DNA of 64,000 nucleotides from Camelus dromedarius (lineage: Eukaryota), in the NCBI RefSeq assembly GCF_036321535.1, contig NC_087436.1:36768001-36832000 (forward strand), read 5' to 3'. The notes under the pieces were generated by a model. That model did no database searches. It had not been told where the DNA came from and saw nothing but the letters and a program-made list of their open reading frames with translations. The translations under genes and the position numbers were made by a program. This document shows, in pieces, positions 14,040-26,919 of the stretch; positions within the stretch are counted from its first letter, which is position 1; the number at the start of each line of letters is the position of its first letter.

Positions 14040-14800
14040 AACAAATCAAGTAATGATATTTAAGTCAAATATATTTTAAGAAAACCACCTTTACCCACTA
14101 TAAAGCTGATAAAAAAGTGAGAGGAACTGAACATGTATTTTGAAAGAGGAAGTTTGTACATCTTTTGATATAATAAAAAAAGCCAGTTTTCTAATAATGA
14201 TTTGAACTTTAAAATAGCATATAATGTCCTACAAACAATAAGCAAACCAATAGCCTGATGAGCAAAAGACATAAACATAGAGTTTGCATAAAAAGAAATA
14301 AAATTTGACCTAAAACACTAGAAAAGACAGTCCTCATTATCATAAAATGAAATAGGCTAGTTAAAGCTACAGTTGAGGTACCATTTCATTTATTTGTCAA
14401 TAGAAAAAGCTCAAAAATTGATAATTCAGTATTAGAAAGGATTTGAAGAAACAGACACTCCCTTACCTTGACGGTGGGCATATGAATTAATTTAGCCTCA
14501 GTGGAGAACAACACAGCAATACCTTTTTAAAACTTTAAGTGTTGCAATTTTTGACCCAGCAATTCCGCTTCTAGAAATGAATCATACAGACAGCTTCACA
14601 CATGACCAAAATGTACAAGCTTTCCATCACTATGTTGTTTATAAAAGTAAAAGATTAACTTCCTAAAAATATGCAGTTCTAGAAGACTAGCCAAAAAACA
14701 TCTGTAAAGTAATTTTAAAAATGTGATAGCTCTAGATGCACTGGTATGAGCTAATCTACAATGTATATTATAAAGAAGGTGAAGAGCAAAAAATATGTGT
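14040..14800 (+). mobile_element. Old L1 (L1ME-like) fragment
   Basis: Decayed ORF2-end motifs, e.g. tttgacccagcaattccgcttctagaaat. Confidence 0.6.
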
Positions 14801-14944
14801 ACATGTGAAAAGTAATCAATAAGTAAATAAAACAAAACCAATAAATTGATTTTCAAAACATATTGGTCGAAAGACTAAATAGGGCAAAAGGTAAAATTTC
14901 CAGTCAATGGTACATTCTGTAAAATAACATGTATACATATGCAT

Positions 14945-15176
14945 ACATGAGATGGCCACCTTCTCACTGTGTCCTCATGTGGTCCTTTCTCTGCATAAGC
15001 AGGACCTTGATGTCTCTCTTTGTGCTAATCTCACTATTAGTGAGACCACTAATAGTGACCTCATTTTAACTTAATTGCCTCTTTAAAGCCCTGTCTCAAA
15101 TACAGTCACATTCTGAGTACTGCGGGTGAAGATGTCAACACGGGAATTTTGAGGGAACACAGTTCAGCCCGTAACA
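14945..15176 (-). mobile_element. MLT1 LTR fragment
   Basis: gatggccaccttctcactgtgtcctcatgtgg...acagttcagcccgtaaca. Confidence 0.75.
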
Positions 15177-15649
15177 CTTGACAAATTTGATCTTTTCCTA
15201 GAACTAGTCTCATTTTCACTCTTTTGAATTACGCACTCCACATACCTTATTCTAGAATTTTTGCTATCCTTATTTTGTATTTTGTTTTCTTGTTCACTTC
15301 TCTTAGCATTCTTTTTTTTTTTAAGTATAAAGTTTTAAAAATTTTTGTAAGTTATCTCTTGATTTTGCGTGTGTTCTGGAGAAGGCTGAAGGGTGGGAGG
15401 TTTTTCCCTCCTCTCTTAGCTGATCTCTCTAATCAATTCTTCCTATTGCCTTTGTAGCTACAGCCTATCCACAGTCTATTAACCACCCATCATCATCTCT
15501 CAGTTCCTCAGGTCACAACGTGAAGAATTATTTCAAAGTCTTCTTTATTTTGGTTTTTCATGTCTCTATTTTTCTTCACTTCAGTGAAGAAATATTTCAT
15601 ATCTGGTATGCCAGACACTGGACTAGGCCCTAGATATGCAGAAATAATC

Positions 15650-18600
15650 AAGGTAGACTTGATGCTTAAGGTCTTCCTCTCCAAAGAGCACATTGTAAAA
15701 AGGTTGCTCTACCAGAGAATGGTTATTTTCAAAAGAAGCAATTAGGCCTTTACAATGTTGACATATATCTCCTTTAATCAGCTGCAGATTAAAAGAGACA
15801 AAGGTCAGGTGCACTGGGTGTCCAGTGACTATCTCAAAGGGTTAGAATTTACAAGTTCTGAAAGGCATAAATCTGAGATTTCGAAGGAGAGTATTTGGTG
15901 GATCTCTATGAGTTTTGCCAATTGGGTCTTATTAATACAGTTAGTATATTAGACTAACCCTACGGATTGGAGATGGTAAGCACAGTGAAAATGTTGCAAA
16001 ACTGGCCAAACAGCACAGACTTGTCAAAGTAGCTGACCAGCAAAATGGGTTCCTCAATCACTATGAAGTTTGGAAGGTGTTCCCCAGGTAGGGATAACCT
16101 TTTCTAACAAAGTTTTCACCACTGAAGAAGCTGTGACCTGCCTACAGGGGAAAGCCTCTGCCCAGTGAGAAAATATACACACCATGACTGAAACATATTT
16201 ATGTCCATGAGATGGGGCAGCTGTATGAAATTCATTTGCCAAACTTCAAATGGTACATTAGGCAGTTTACAATGTCAGGGAGAAGTATGAACAGGTGTCT
16301 CTGGGTTATATTCTGGCCACGTGGGACAAGAAAAGCAGGCACTTTTGCAGCCTTATTAATATCTTCCCACTGCTATTGGTTTATGAATGCTATCATTCTG
16401 TCAGTGGACCAATGGTTCAATGCATGTACAGTGGTAAGAAGTGGAAATCTTAGAATTCCTAGTAGGACCAATTTGTTATTTGGCCTGAACCAGAGTTCTA
16501 TTTTTATCAGACCAACAGTTACTAGATCTCCAATATACTTTTCCTTTTAGGGGGCCAATTATGAGGCATTTCTATCAATTTTTCTAGATTGTTATTTTAG
16601 GGAGCATCCCTTTGGACCATGAAAGCAGTTTGGCCATTGGTTTCTTTGACAGCAGTGTTTTTGGTGGAAATATCAGTGAGGTGGTTTCCTTTAGCCTCTA
16701 GGGATTCAAGCTTGGAATGTCCAGAGATCCTAATAATAGCCAAGGCATCTGGTAACTTTATGGCATCTAACAGATTTTGGTTATAAGAGCCATTTTTAAT
16801 CTTTTCCCCCTTAGAGGTAAGGAAATCTCATTGTTTCCATAGCATCCCAAAGTCATAGGCTACTCCAAAGGCATGCTGACTATCAAGATAAATGATTGTC
16901 ATCTTGACCTTGGCTAACATACAGGCCTGAGTAAAAGCATATAATTCAACCATATAGGTAACCGTGCTGCCTCAGTGATACCAAAAGGACCTGCAATAGC
17001 ATGCGAGCACAATATTTACCATTTTCTCCCTTTAGGTAAGAATCACCATGAAAAATCATGATGAAAAATCTGCACTGGTTAGAGGAATCTCCTGTAAATA
17101 AATTACTATAGGGAGTGAAAAGGTGATCCGTCAGTGTTAGGTAGTCATGAGGGGTTTCATCCTTGAAGGAGAAGAGTGGCAGTTATCGCAATGTGAAAGA
17201 GTTGTATGAGGAGAAGTTAGCAAAAGGATTTCATAAGAGGTGAGGTGATGGACTGAAAGTATTAAGTGTGACAAAAATTTAGAAGGGCTTCTACTGCATG
17301 GGGTATAAAGATGGTTAAAGGGGATCCCATGATTATCTCTTCAGTGGCCTTTACCAGAAGGGCAATGGCAGGAATGGCTCTGAGGAAAGACGAATGTCCC
17401 CGGGCCACAGGGTTCAGCTGTCAGCCCGATGGGTCAATGATGGTCCCCATGGGCCTCAAGGGCTTTCTTTGCCTTCTCGTATACAAAAAGGATAAAGGGA
17501 AGCTGCTAATTAGGATGTCCAAGGAAAAGTGGTTTCATGAAGCTTTTCTTTAAGGCTTCAAAAGCTATGTCATCTTGATCTCCCAAATTAATGGGGTCAG
17601 GTTTGCTGGTTTTTAATAAAGCATATAGAGGCTGAGCCATAAGAGAGAAGTGTGAAATCCAGTTTCAACAGTAGCCAGTTAGCCCAAGAAAAATCTCATA
17701 ATCAGCACTTAGTTTTGGTTTGGGGAAGTTCAGGATGCCATGAAGCCTACCTGGATCCAAATATAATCCTTGTTCTGAGATCAGAACTAGTGCACCTGAG
17801 TTTGAGCAAACTGCCGTTTTTCTTTGGAGACTTTAATGTCCCTGTAGGGCCACAAGTTTTAGCAGGTGGATGAATGTCTTCCTGTGAGGAGGTTTGAGAA
17901 GAAGGCCATAGAAGCAAATCATCTACATATCGTAACAAAGTTGAACCTACAGAAAACTTTTTACATCCAAATCAGCTCTCAAGATTTGTGATGGGCTTTC
18001 TGTGAAGCCCTGGGGCATTACTGTCCACATATACTGTCACCCTTCCCAGGTGAAGGCAAAAGACACTGGTCAGCCTTATCAACTGGAATACTGAAAATGT
18101 ACTGCACAGATCAATTACAGTGAAAAATTTGCTTCCAGTGGGGAATGGATGTTAGCGGCATGTGGAGGTTAGCAACAACTGGGCATTGAGGGATAACAGT
18201 TTTGTTTATTCCTTGGAGGTCCTGGACAAAGTTCCATCCTCCACCCTTGGGTTTTCCCACAGGTAAAATAGGAGTATTACAGGAACTAGTGCACGATGAG
18301 GCCCTGAGCCTTGACACTTTCTATTATGGGCCTTATATCTCAAAGGGCATCTTTATTTACAGGATATTGATTAATTCTGGGAAGAGATTTTGAGGGATCG
18401 ACTTGAATCTTGATGGGAGGTGCACTGTGACTTTTGCCAACATCAGTCTGAGATGTTGCCCATAAGGAGAGTGATAGCTGATTCAACAGGGACAAATGAT
18501 CCGTGTTTCCGGAATCAGCTCCAGCACCATCAAAGACAGAGCAATTAAAAGATGTGAGTGTTGTTTAATCCACCTGGTTGGCTATTTTGATGCCTATTGT

Positions 18601-18870
18601 CAAAGGGACTAAACAAAAGGGAATAGAGTCAGAGATAAGAACCAGCTGAGTTTTATTAGAGACACCCCCCCCACCCCCCCCACCCCCCGCTATTTGAACT
18701 CCTTTAATACTCCAAGGCAGGGGATGTTTTATAGCAGTGGGGTTGAGCACCAAGAGTGTGGCTCTGGTGTCAATTAGGACAGAGAGAAACTCATTCCTAA
18801 TATGGAGAGTTATTTCTCTGAGCTGATAAACAGGGAGGATTGGGTAGAGCCCCTGTAGTTCCTTAGGGCA
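15650..18870 (-). pseudogene. pol: ERV pro-pol pseudogene
   Basis: PR/RT/RNase H/IN motifs spread across frames with many stops, frameshifts and small deletions. Confidence 0.9.
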
Positions 18871-18874
18871 CTCT

Positions 18875-21800
18875 CATTGGGAACTAAGAGAACATTGCAA
18901 AGGCTAGTTAGAGGGCATGAAACACTTAAATTTGTAACAATCTTTTTTCCAATGTCCTGGCTCTTTGCAACAGGCAGAAACTAGAAGGTTTGGGGTTTTA
19001 TTTAGGGACCTCTAATGACCAAGCTGAAAATTAAGAATTTTAGTAGTCTTTCTTTTTGGTGACTCAGCTAAGGTGTGAGTGACCTGATTTGCCAAATTAA
19101 CTAAATAGTTTCCTATTTCATCCTGGTCCTTTTAACTAAAAGAGAAACATCCCACTTCACCCTGTTAATAAATATGGAGTTAAAAGCTACCCTAGTGGAA
19201 CCAACCACTGAAGGAAGACCAGAATTTTCTTTAAAGATAATCTGAAGTTGATTACAATAGTCATGGACAGTTTCATCAGAATTTTGTGTGCAAGCCTGAA
19301 TTTTGTTCCCATAACAGGCTTAGGAAAGGTTACTATACTTGGCTGGTGAGGTTTTCAGTAGGGGTTTGCTTTTCTAATCCCCTCCAGGATGTTCCCATAG
19401 GGCTAGTTTCACCCAATGTTTGGCTTAACCTTCACCAACAAGCATGTGCACCAAGTGATATAAATCTGAGAAACCAGGTTAGTAGGTTTAAATAACTATA
19501 TTAAAGGCTTTCAGCAAACCTAAGGGAGTCTTCAGTTACTTTAGGAAGTGCTTTAATTATGGCTCACAAATTGGCCTTAGTTCAGGAAACATAAGAAATT
19601 TGGGCTTTACTCCACACAAAAACTACTAGAGCTGATAAAAAAGAATTTGGCAAGGTAGAGGATACAAGATTAACATACAAAAATCAGTTGCATTTCTTTA
19701 CACTAACAATGAAATATCAGGAAAAGAAAGTAAAGAAACATTCCCTTTTAAAACTGCATCCAAAACAGATACTTAAGAATAAATCTTACCAAGGAGGTGA
19801 AACACTTATACATGGAGAACTACAAAACACTGATTAAGGAAATTAAAGATAAATTAAAGAAATGGAAAGATATCCCATGCTCTTAGATTAGAAGAATTAA
19901 TATTGTTAAAATGGCCATACTACCCAAAGCAATCAACAGATCAAATGTGACCCCTATCAAATTACCCATGACATTTTTCACAGAACCAGAACAAATAATC
20001 ATAAAATTCATATGGAATCACAAAAGACCCAGAATTGTCAAAGCAATACTGAAGAAAAACAATGAAGCTAGAGGAACAACCCTCCCAGACTTTAGATAAT
20101 ACAGAGCTACAGTAATCAAAACAGCATGGTATTGGCACAAAAACAGACATATGAATCAATAGAACAAAATAGAGAGCCCAGAAATAAACCCACAGACTTA
20201 TGGTCAATTAATCTTCGACAAAGGAGGCAAGAATGTACAATGGAGAAAAGACAGTCTCTTCAGCAAGTAGTGTTGGGAAAACTGGACAGCTGAATGTAAA
20301 TCAATGAAGTTAGAACACTCCCTTATGTCATACACAAAAATAAATGCAAAATGGCTTAAAGACTTAAATATAAGACAAGACACAATAAATCTCTTCAAAG
20401 AAAACATAGGCAAAACATTTTCTGACATAAATCTTATCAATGTTCTCCTAGGACAGGCTACCCAGGCAATAGAAATAAAAGCAAAAATTTAAAAATGGGA
20501 CCTAATTAAACTTATAAGCTTTTGCACAACAAAGGAAACCATAAGTAAAACAAAATGACAACCTACAGAATGGGAGAAAATTTTTGCAAAAGATGAGACT
20601 ACAAGGGCTTAATTTCCAGAATATATAAACAGCTCATACAACTTAATAACAACAACAACAACAAAAAACCCAAACAACCAAATCCAAAAATGGGCAGAAG
20701 ACCTAAACAAGCAGTTCTCCAATGAAGACATACAAATGGCCAACAGGCACATGAAAAAATATTCAATATCGCTAATTATCGGAGAAATGCAAATCAAAAC
20801 TACTATGAGATATCACCTCACACCAGTCAGAATGGCCATCATTCAAAAGTCGACAAATGATAAATGCTGGAGAGGGTGTGGAGAAAAGGGAACCCTTCTA
20901 CACTATTGGTGGGAATGTAGTTTGGTGCAGCCATTATTGAAAACAGTATGGTGATTCCTTAAAAAACTAAAAATAGACTTATCATATAATCCAGCAATCC
21001 CACTCCTGGGCATATATCCAGAGGAAGTTCTAATTTGAAAAGATACATGCACCTCAATGTTCACAGCAGCACTGTATACAATAGCCAAGACATGGAAGCA
21101 ACCTAAATGTCCATGGACAGATGACTGGATTAAAAAGCTGTGGTATATTTATACAATGGAATACTACTTAGCCATAAAAAAGAATAAAATAATTCCATTT
21201 ACAGCAACATGGATGGATCTGGAGATAGTTATTCTAAGTGAAGTAAGACAGAAAGAGAAAGAAAAAATACCATATAATGTCACTCATATGTGGAATCTGG
21301 AAAAAAAAAGAAAAAAGAAGACACTAATGAACTTATCTACAAATCAGAAAGAGAATCACAGACATAGTAAACAAACTTATGGTTACTGGAGAGAAACAGG
21401 GTGGGAAGGAATAAATTGGGAGTTTGATTACTGTAGCTCTGCAAATATTAACTACTATATATAAAATAGATTAAAAAAACAATTTTTTCTGTATAGCACT
21501 GGGAACTATATTCAATATCTTGTAGTAACCTATAATGACGAAGAATATGAAAATGAACATATATATTCATGACTGGGTCATTACACTGTACATCAGAAAA
21601 TGACACATTGTAATTGACTATACTTCAATTAAAAAAAAAATTTGGGCTTTATTTGGATTTAATTTGAAAAAAAGAAACTTGGGCTTTATTTAGAAGATTT
21701 AACATTAAAGGGGAAGGTTCTGATAGAGTCAGAGGAGGAGGAGGATGGCCTGGAGACAGGGCCTGAGACAAAGAAGCCTGGGGAGACAAACATGAGGCTT

Positions 21801-22175
21801 TGGAAGCCATTTTGTCCTTCTTTAATTGTTTGTTTGCCTCAGGTAATTTAACCGCTGTATGTTACAGAGAGGCAAATTTAGACCTGATAACATTTGGAAG
21901 CCTCAAAATACCAATCAAAATAGTTGTCCAATTCAGTTTTGAGGATTTCAGAACTATAGCTGTCAAATGAACACAGTTTTATGAAAGGTAAATTTGGAGA
22001 GTTCAAAGCTCCCCATGATGGCCATTGATGCTCTAAATCACTTTTGGTTAAGTTGGTCCATTTAGTTAGAAATGCACAAGAGGAGGTACCACAGTTTTTA
22101 AACATAAAATTGACCTGGTTCCCTGAAGGGGGCAAGGAGTGCACCCTCAAAACATTTAGATAACTAGGATCCCAT
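18875..22175 (-). pseudogene. gag: ERV gag pseudogene, split by an L1
   Basis: Matrix-like ORF at 21878-22150; capsid/nucleocapsid remnants at 18875-19600; stop at codon 4. Confidence 0.8.
19610..21637 (+). mobile_element. 5'-truncated L1 (~2 kb; ORF2 C-terminal part, 3'UTR and polyA) inserted in ERV gag
   Basis: ORF2 peptides [10 protein letters not shown]..., [11 protein letters not shown]..., [19 protein letters not shown]; polyA at 21631-21640; target duplication aaatttgggcttta on both sides. Confidence 0.96.
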
Positions 22176-22602
22176 CTTTCATAGGTTTTTCTCTAGAGCA
22201 AAATAATAATTCTTAAACAGCTTGCAGGTCAAACACCAGCACACTTCCAATAGGAGCAACCTGATCCCTAAAGAGTCAGGCCAAAGGCTGAACAGCGCAG
22301 TTCTAACAGGAATAGCCTAGTTCCAAAAGGAGTTGGACTGAAAGTTAGCACAGTCCCAGCCTGATTCAAAAGAGTCAGGTTGAAATGTCAAATGAGTGGT
22401 CACAGGCAAAACAAGGCCTTAACAAAAAAGGACAACACCATTAAACAGATTCCAATTAAAGCCTGGAGGACTTCAAAACTCAAAAAGATCAGAGCTCAAA
22501 TCCAGAAGAACTCACCCTCAAATTCCAGGGTCAGCAAGTAAGCAATGGACTCACTGGACTCTGTGGGTACCGACACCTGTACCCACTGTGGCTCTTCTCT
22601 GG

Positions 22603-22620
22603 ATCTTGGTCAGATCTCCA
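22603..22620 (-). other. Primer binding site, tRNA-Gln-like
   Basis: TGGAGATCTGACCAAGAT directly follows the LTR end; 14/18 match to the tRNA-Gln PBS TGGAGGTCCCACCGAGAT. Confidence 0.7.
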
Positions 22621-23051
22621 TGTTAACCTAAAACAATACAACAGCCAGTTATTTTTACCAGCAAAACGGATTTATTTAGGAGCAGCAAAGAATTGCAGTT
22701 CAATGTATGCAACAGTGGTGAAGCACATATAAGTCTGATAAAGCAGAGAGGAAACTATTTCATAGAGAAGAATTTAAACAGTGTATGAGGGGAAACTGGG
22801 AGTTCCAAGTATAATGGCTTTTCATGGCTGAATTGTGACAGTCTCTCATTGGCTGAGATGATGCCAGACAAGGACAAAGTCTTTTTAATTCCTACTGGTG
22901 GTAGCAAAGTAGTGTCACTTCCTGCCAGAGATGCAAAATAAGTCCCTTCTTGTTGCCATGTGCATTGATGTCAAGTGGTATGTGTGTGAGAGCTCCCCCT
23001 TCTGGCCTCCTGATAACATTTTAGTGAGGTTTACTTTGATTAATTTTCATA
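22621..23051 (-). mobile_element. ERV 5' LTR (~430 bp)
   Basis: Minus strand TATGAAAATT (decayed TGTG) ... TTAACA; CCAAT at 22848-22852; AATAAA at 22671-22676; abuts the PBS. Confidence 0.85.
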
Positions 23052-23859
23052 ATACATATTGAGCACTTAGCATGTGCCAATATCTTTTTCCTAAGCTCTT
23101 TATACACATTAATTCATTTGTTCCTCACAAGAAGATATGGCAATCTACAATTAGGATAGCAGAGAGATAAAAGCAGATGTCTTTCAAAAACAATATAAAA
23201 AGTAGTGCAAAACTGACACCTACATATGCCCTGGTATTTAGCTATTGAAAACTGGTTTCGTTAAGGAGTTTTCAAATGAAGCCTTAAGTAGAAAATGTTT
23301 ATAATGCAGTCAGACTTATCATGAAATCCAAAGTGCAGACATTGTATCAAGATTTATGAAAATAAAGATGTAAACAAAAATATTCATCTTTGCAGAGACA
23401 CCGGATTCCTCTGGTAGCAGTAAAACTCAAAGCCAGTAAAAGTCACTATTTTCAATATTAACTAGCATAATGACCATAATTTACTTTCCTTGAAATGCTT
23501 TTTCTTCCCTATCAGTGTCATTTCCTCCTTGTCTGAAAAAAGCAACTTTCTGATACAATTTCAAAAAGTAGCTGCCCATGTCCAGTTAAAAAGAGGCAGA
23601 ACTGAAAATTATCTCCTGGAAAAAACTTCTTTATGAGTGTATGCTATCCTCCTCCTAAAGACATTTTGCACATATTTAATCACAATATGTCAACAAAGGA
23701 TAATATTATAGACTTGAGAAAAGAGTTTTCAAAGTCCGAATTACTGTATTTTCCTGTCTTGTAGACAAAGAAACAGAAGTTATATGTTTCCTTCCCACTA
23801 TTTCACATATGACGACAATAAAATGTGGTCATCAGAATTGATAAATTCTATAATTTTTT

Positions 23860-24100
23860 TTTGGTATCATCAATTGACATACAACATTCTATAAGTTTAG
23901 AGTATACAACTTGTTGATTTGATACATTTATATAATACAACACGATTACCACCATAGCTTTAGCTAACACCTCTATCACATCATATAATTATCATTTCTT
24001 TTTTGTGGTGAGAACTTTTAAGATCTAGTCTCTTTGCAATTTTGAAGCATGTAATACAGTATTGTTGGCTATAATTAGATCTCTAGAACTTTTTGTCTAC
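23860..24100 (-). mobile_element. L1MA-type 3' end fragment
   Basis: aattgacatacaacatt...ttttttgtggtgagaac...taagatcta. Confidence 0.75.
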
Positions 24101-24189
24101 TGGTTGCATACAATTAATTGCTGTAACATGTTTGTTCCTCAACTACTAACATACAGATCAACCATGATATTTGGAATTGGATCTCTCCC

Positions 24190-24900
24190 TCCATCCATTC
24201 ATTTATCAAATCAATATTTATTAAGCAATTACTGTGCTTTCGCTTAACAATCATAACACTGTTGTGAGTGCTGGTTATACAGTGTTGAACAAATTACTTG
24301 CCTTCAGTGTCCTAGGAGTGGAGACAGACAACACCCAAGTAAACAAAGAAATTAGATAGTTCTAGACAGTGAGTAGAAGATATGAGTACAAAGAAGGAAA
24401 TCAAACAAGCAAATGTGATACAGAATGACTGGGTTTAACTTTAAATGGTGCGATCAAGAGACAAAATAAGCAGATAAAAACTTATAAGTTGCTGTCTCAA
24501 TGTCATTTCCTGGTTTTAAAAGTGTAATATGGTTATGTAAGATGTCAGTGGGGAAAGCTGGGTTAGAGATGAACAGAGCTTCCTGTACTGTTTTTGCAAC
24601 TTCTTGCGAGTCAAATTATTTCAATATAAAAAATTTAAAATTAATAAATAACGTATACTTTGTGATAAAGCCTATGTAGGAGAGGAAGAGGACCTATCTC
24701 TAATTGTCTAAATTATAACACATTATGATCATGTATACCAGTGCCCCTTATACATTAATATACATACAAATTACCTGGGGATCCTTTTAAAATACAGATT
24801 CTGCTTTAAGGTTTGGGGTGGAATCTGAGATTCTACATTTTCAACAGTCTCCTAGGTGATACTGCTGCTGCTGTTCCATGCAACAAAGCTGAGTATCAAG
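24190..24900. mobile_element. Cluster: L2 3' end (~24190-24460), L1MC-like end (~24490-24640), MER5-like hAT (~24740-24900)
   Basis: cattcattt...tatttattaagc (L2); ctgtactgtttttgcaacttcttg (L1MC); aattacctggggatcctttt...atacagattc (MER5). Confidence 0.6.
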
Positions 24901-25189
24901 GTTGTAGTGTGTGATCAGGTTTTTGGAATTTATGCTAAATTCAGTGGGAAGCCATTGAAGGACTTGAAAAAGAGTTGTAATCCAATTGGTTTTATACTGT
25001 ATTTCAATCTCTATAAGGCTCACTATGTATCTTGGTTCAGGCTATTTCCTGTCTCCTCCAGGAGTTATTTAGAAAGAAGGTTGTTTCAAGGTTCTAGGTC
25101 ACTTTGCAGGTTTGGGGCTTTTTGTCCTATGTCTTCTCTTTGGCACTTAATTCCAAGTGGTGAAGTAGGTCGGGTCAGCTAGGTCCAGG

Positions 25190-26620
25190 TCAATGGTCTT
25201 CAAATGTTCTTGCTCTTGTGTTCCCAAAAGATTTCATAAGCAACATACCCCTTCACACCATAACATCTTAAATTTTTCATTGTAAGCTTAGATATTTGCA
25301 AAGGATGCAATTTTCCAGACTAGCATAAATACTGACATTTAAAAATAAAACTATACCACTCTTTAAAATGTATTCAATGGGATCTAAATACTATAGTCAT
25401 TTACACCCACTATCATTCACTTAAAAATAAAAATGGACAAATTCTTTAACAGTTAAAAGTTTTACATCATTTTTTTCTTTCTGAACTTGTAATTTCACCA
25501 ACTTCCCCTGCTAAATGTTATCTAATATAATATATATTTAATGCTTAATAGTCTTTTCTTGAACACCTTTCTTTTCTGCAACAAAATAAATATAAATTTA
25601 ATTCCTAAAATTTCATGTGACAAAAGCTGTAAGAGTTAATTTTTTTCTTCTGGATTGAATTATAATTTCAATTAGTGAAAGTCATTTAACCAAAACAATT
25701 ATTTTATAAACTTTGACAAAATTTATTACACAAGAAGTAAAATGTATTGAAAATGTATCTGTTATTGTTGAAAAATGTGGTTTTTCCTCAATTAGTACAT
25801 CTGTGGGTGAAGCTTACTGATTGCTTGAAGGAGACCTGATTATTCCTATTTTTTTTCATGTAGGCTCTGAGAAACCTTGCTCATAGGAAGAGGGAAATAG
25901 GGATGAAAGAAGTTTTATTACATCAATATCACTTAATTCTTTGAAATTCTTCAGAGTTACGTGCCAAAAAAAATTATAGTCTATTATCAGAAATTATTTC
26001 TTTGATTATGAATTAGAATTAAAAACCAATCACAAACCTCTTGAGTTGCAAAACGATGTGTTTTCTAGTTATTAGTCATTTATTCCAAAAGGAATTTACC
26101 AAAATTACTCAAATGATATTAACTATATATTTTTTCATGTAGTCACCTTGCTTAACCCATTATATTCAAAAAAAGAGAAAATTGAAATATTAACGTCAGC
26201 ACATTTTCCATATAATATGTTTGATAAAATGTTTTATCATGCTATGTGCTTCAAATATGTTTTGCCAAAACCTTAGAGCTTCAGATTAAGCTTGTTTAGA
26301 AAATGTCTACTCTGAACCTAATTAGTGAAGTTAGGCTTCATTATTATCCCAGTTAGCCAACTCAGACTGACTTCCTGTTAAAAAAGTAAAAGTCTTAATT
26401 TTTAATTCAAATGAGTGTGTTCATATGCATTTTGAGGGATAATACCAATAGAGTAAAGCCATCAAGATTAAAACCATATAGTTTAATATAAATGTTTTTC
26501 ATCCTAATAATAATCTATAAGCCAAACAATAATTTTTTGCTAGTTTTCGTTAACTTATAATAATGCAATGCAATGGTTAGCCGAAACTATGTAATTTATC
26601 AAGCAGGAAATAAGATAAAA
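25190..26620 (-). mobile_element. hAT-Charlie DNA transposon fossil with transposase remnants
   Basis: TIR-like caatggtcttcaaa at 25191. The minus strand near 26230-26370 reads like the hAT motif (A)DIF.KLN.LNLKLQG, with stops. Confidence 0.55.
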
Positions 26621-26919
26621 TGCATGGCATATGTTTTAACAGAACCAAAGGCAGAGGCTTAAGAACAAGCACTGGATCAGGAAGTAAAGGAGAAGACAGG
26701 CAAGGAGAGAAATGGAGCAGATACAAAAGCTGGCTATCCCTGACTACTGCTATAAGAAATGTGCCTTGGGACCATCCATCTGGAAGAGAAAATGGGGAAG
26801 CAGTTTTCTTTGGCTCCTGCCTGGTAGTAAGGACTAATCCTTTATTGTGGCTCCTCAATTTACCACACTGGATGCCTGCCCCAGTTAAAAAAAAGGGGGG
26901 GCCATGGGATGGCTAGGGC

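Larger units (their letters stand above)
15650..23051 (-). mobile_element. Decayed ERV1-class provirus: 5'LTR-PBS-gag-pro-pol; env and 3'LTR missing; interrupted by L1
   Basis: Ordered minus-strand motifs: gag start MGS* at 22175; zinc knuckle CKEPGHWKKDC at ~18935-18980; protease LIDTRAT at ~18760-18780; RT QYMWTVMPQGF and YVDD (17918-17929); RNase H at ~16830-17050; integrase FSHWAEAFPC...LHSD at 16054-16242. Confidence 0.93.

Noticed and set aside
15650..22175. Possible domesticated or intact ERV gene (gag, pol or syncytin-like env)
   Set aside because: All frames are broken by stops and frameshifts, gag has an L1 insertion, and env is absent.
23485..23532. 48-nt minus-strand micro-exon candidate (TTTTTTCAG|ACAAGG...GGAAA|GTAAAT)
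   Set aside because: Weak donor, no partner exons, no recognisable peptide.
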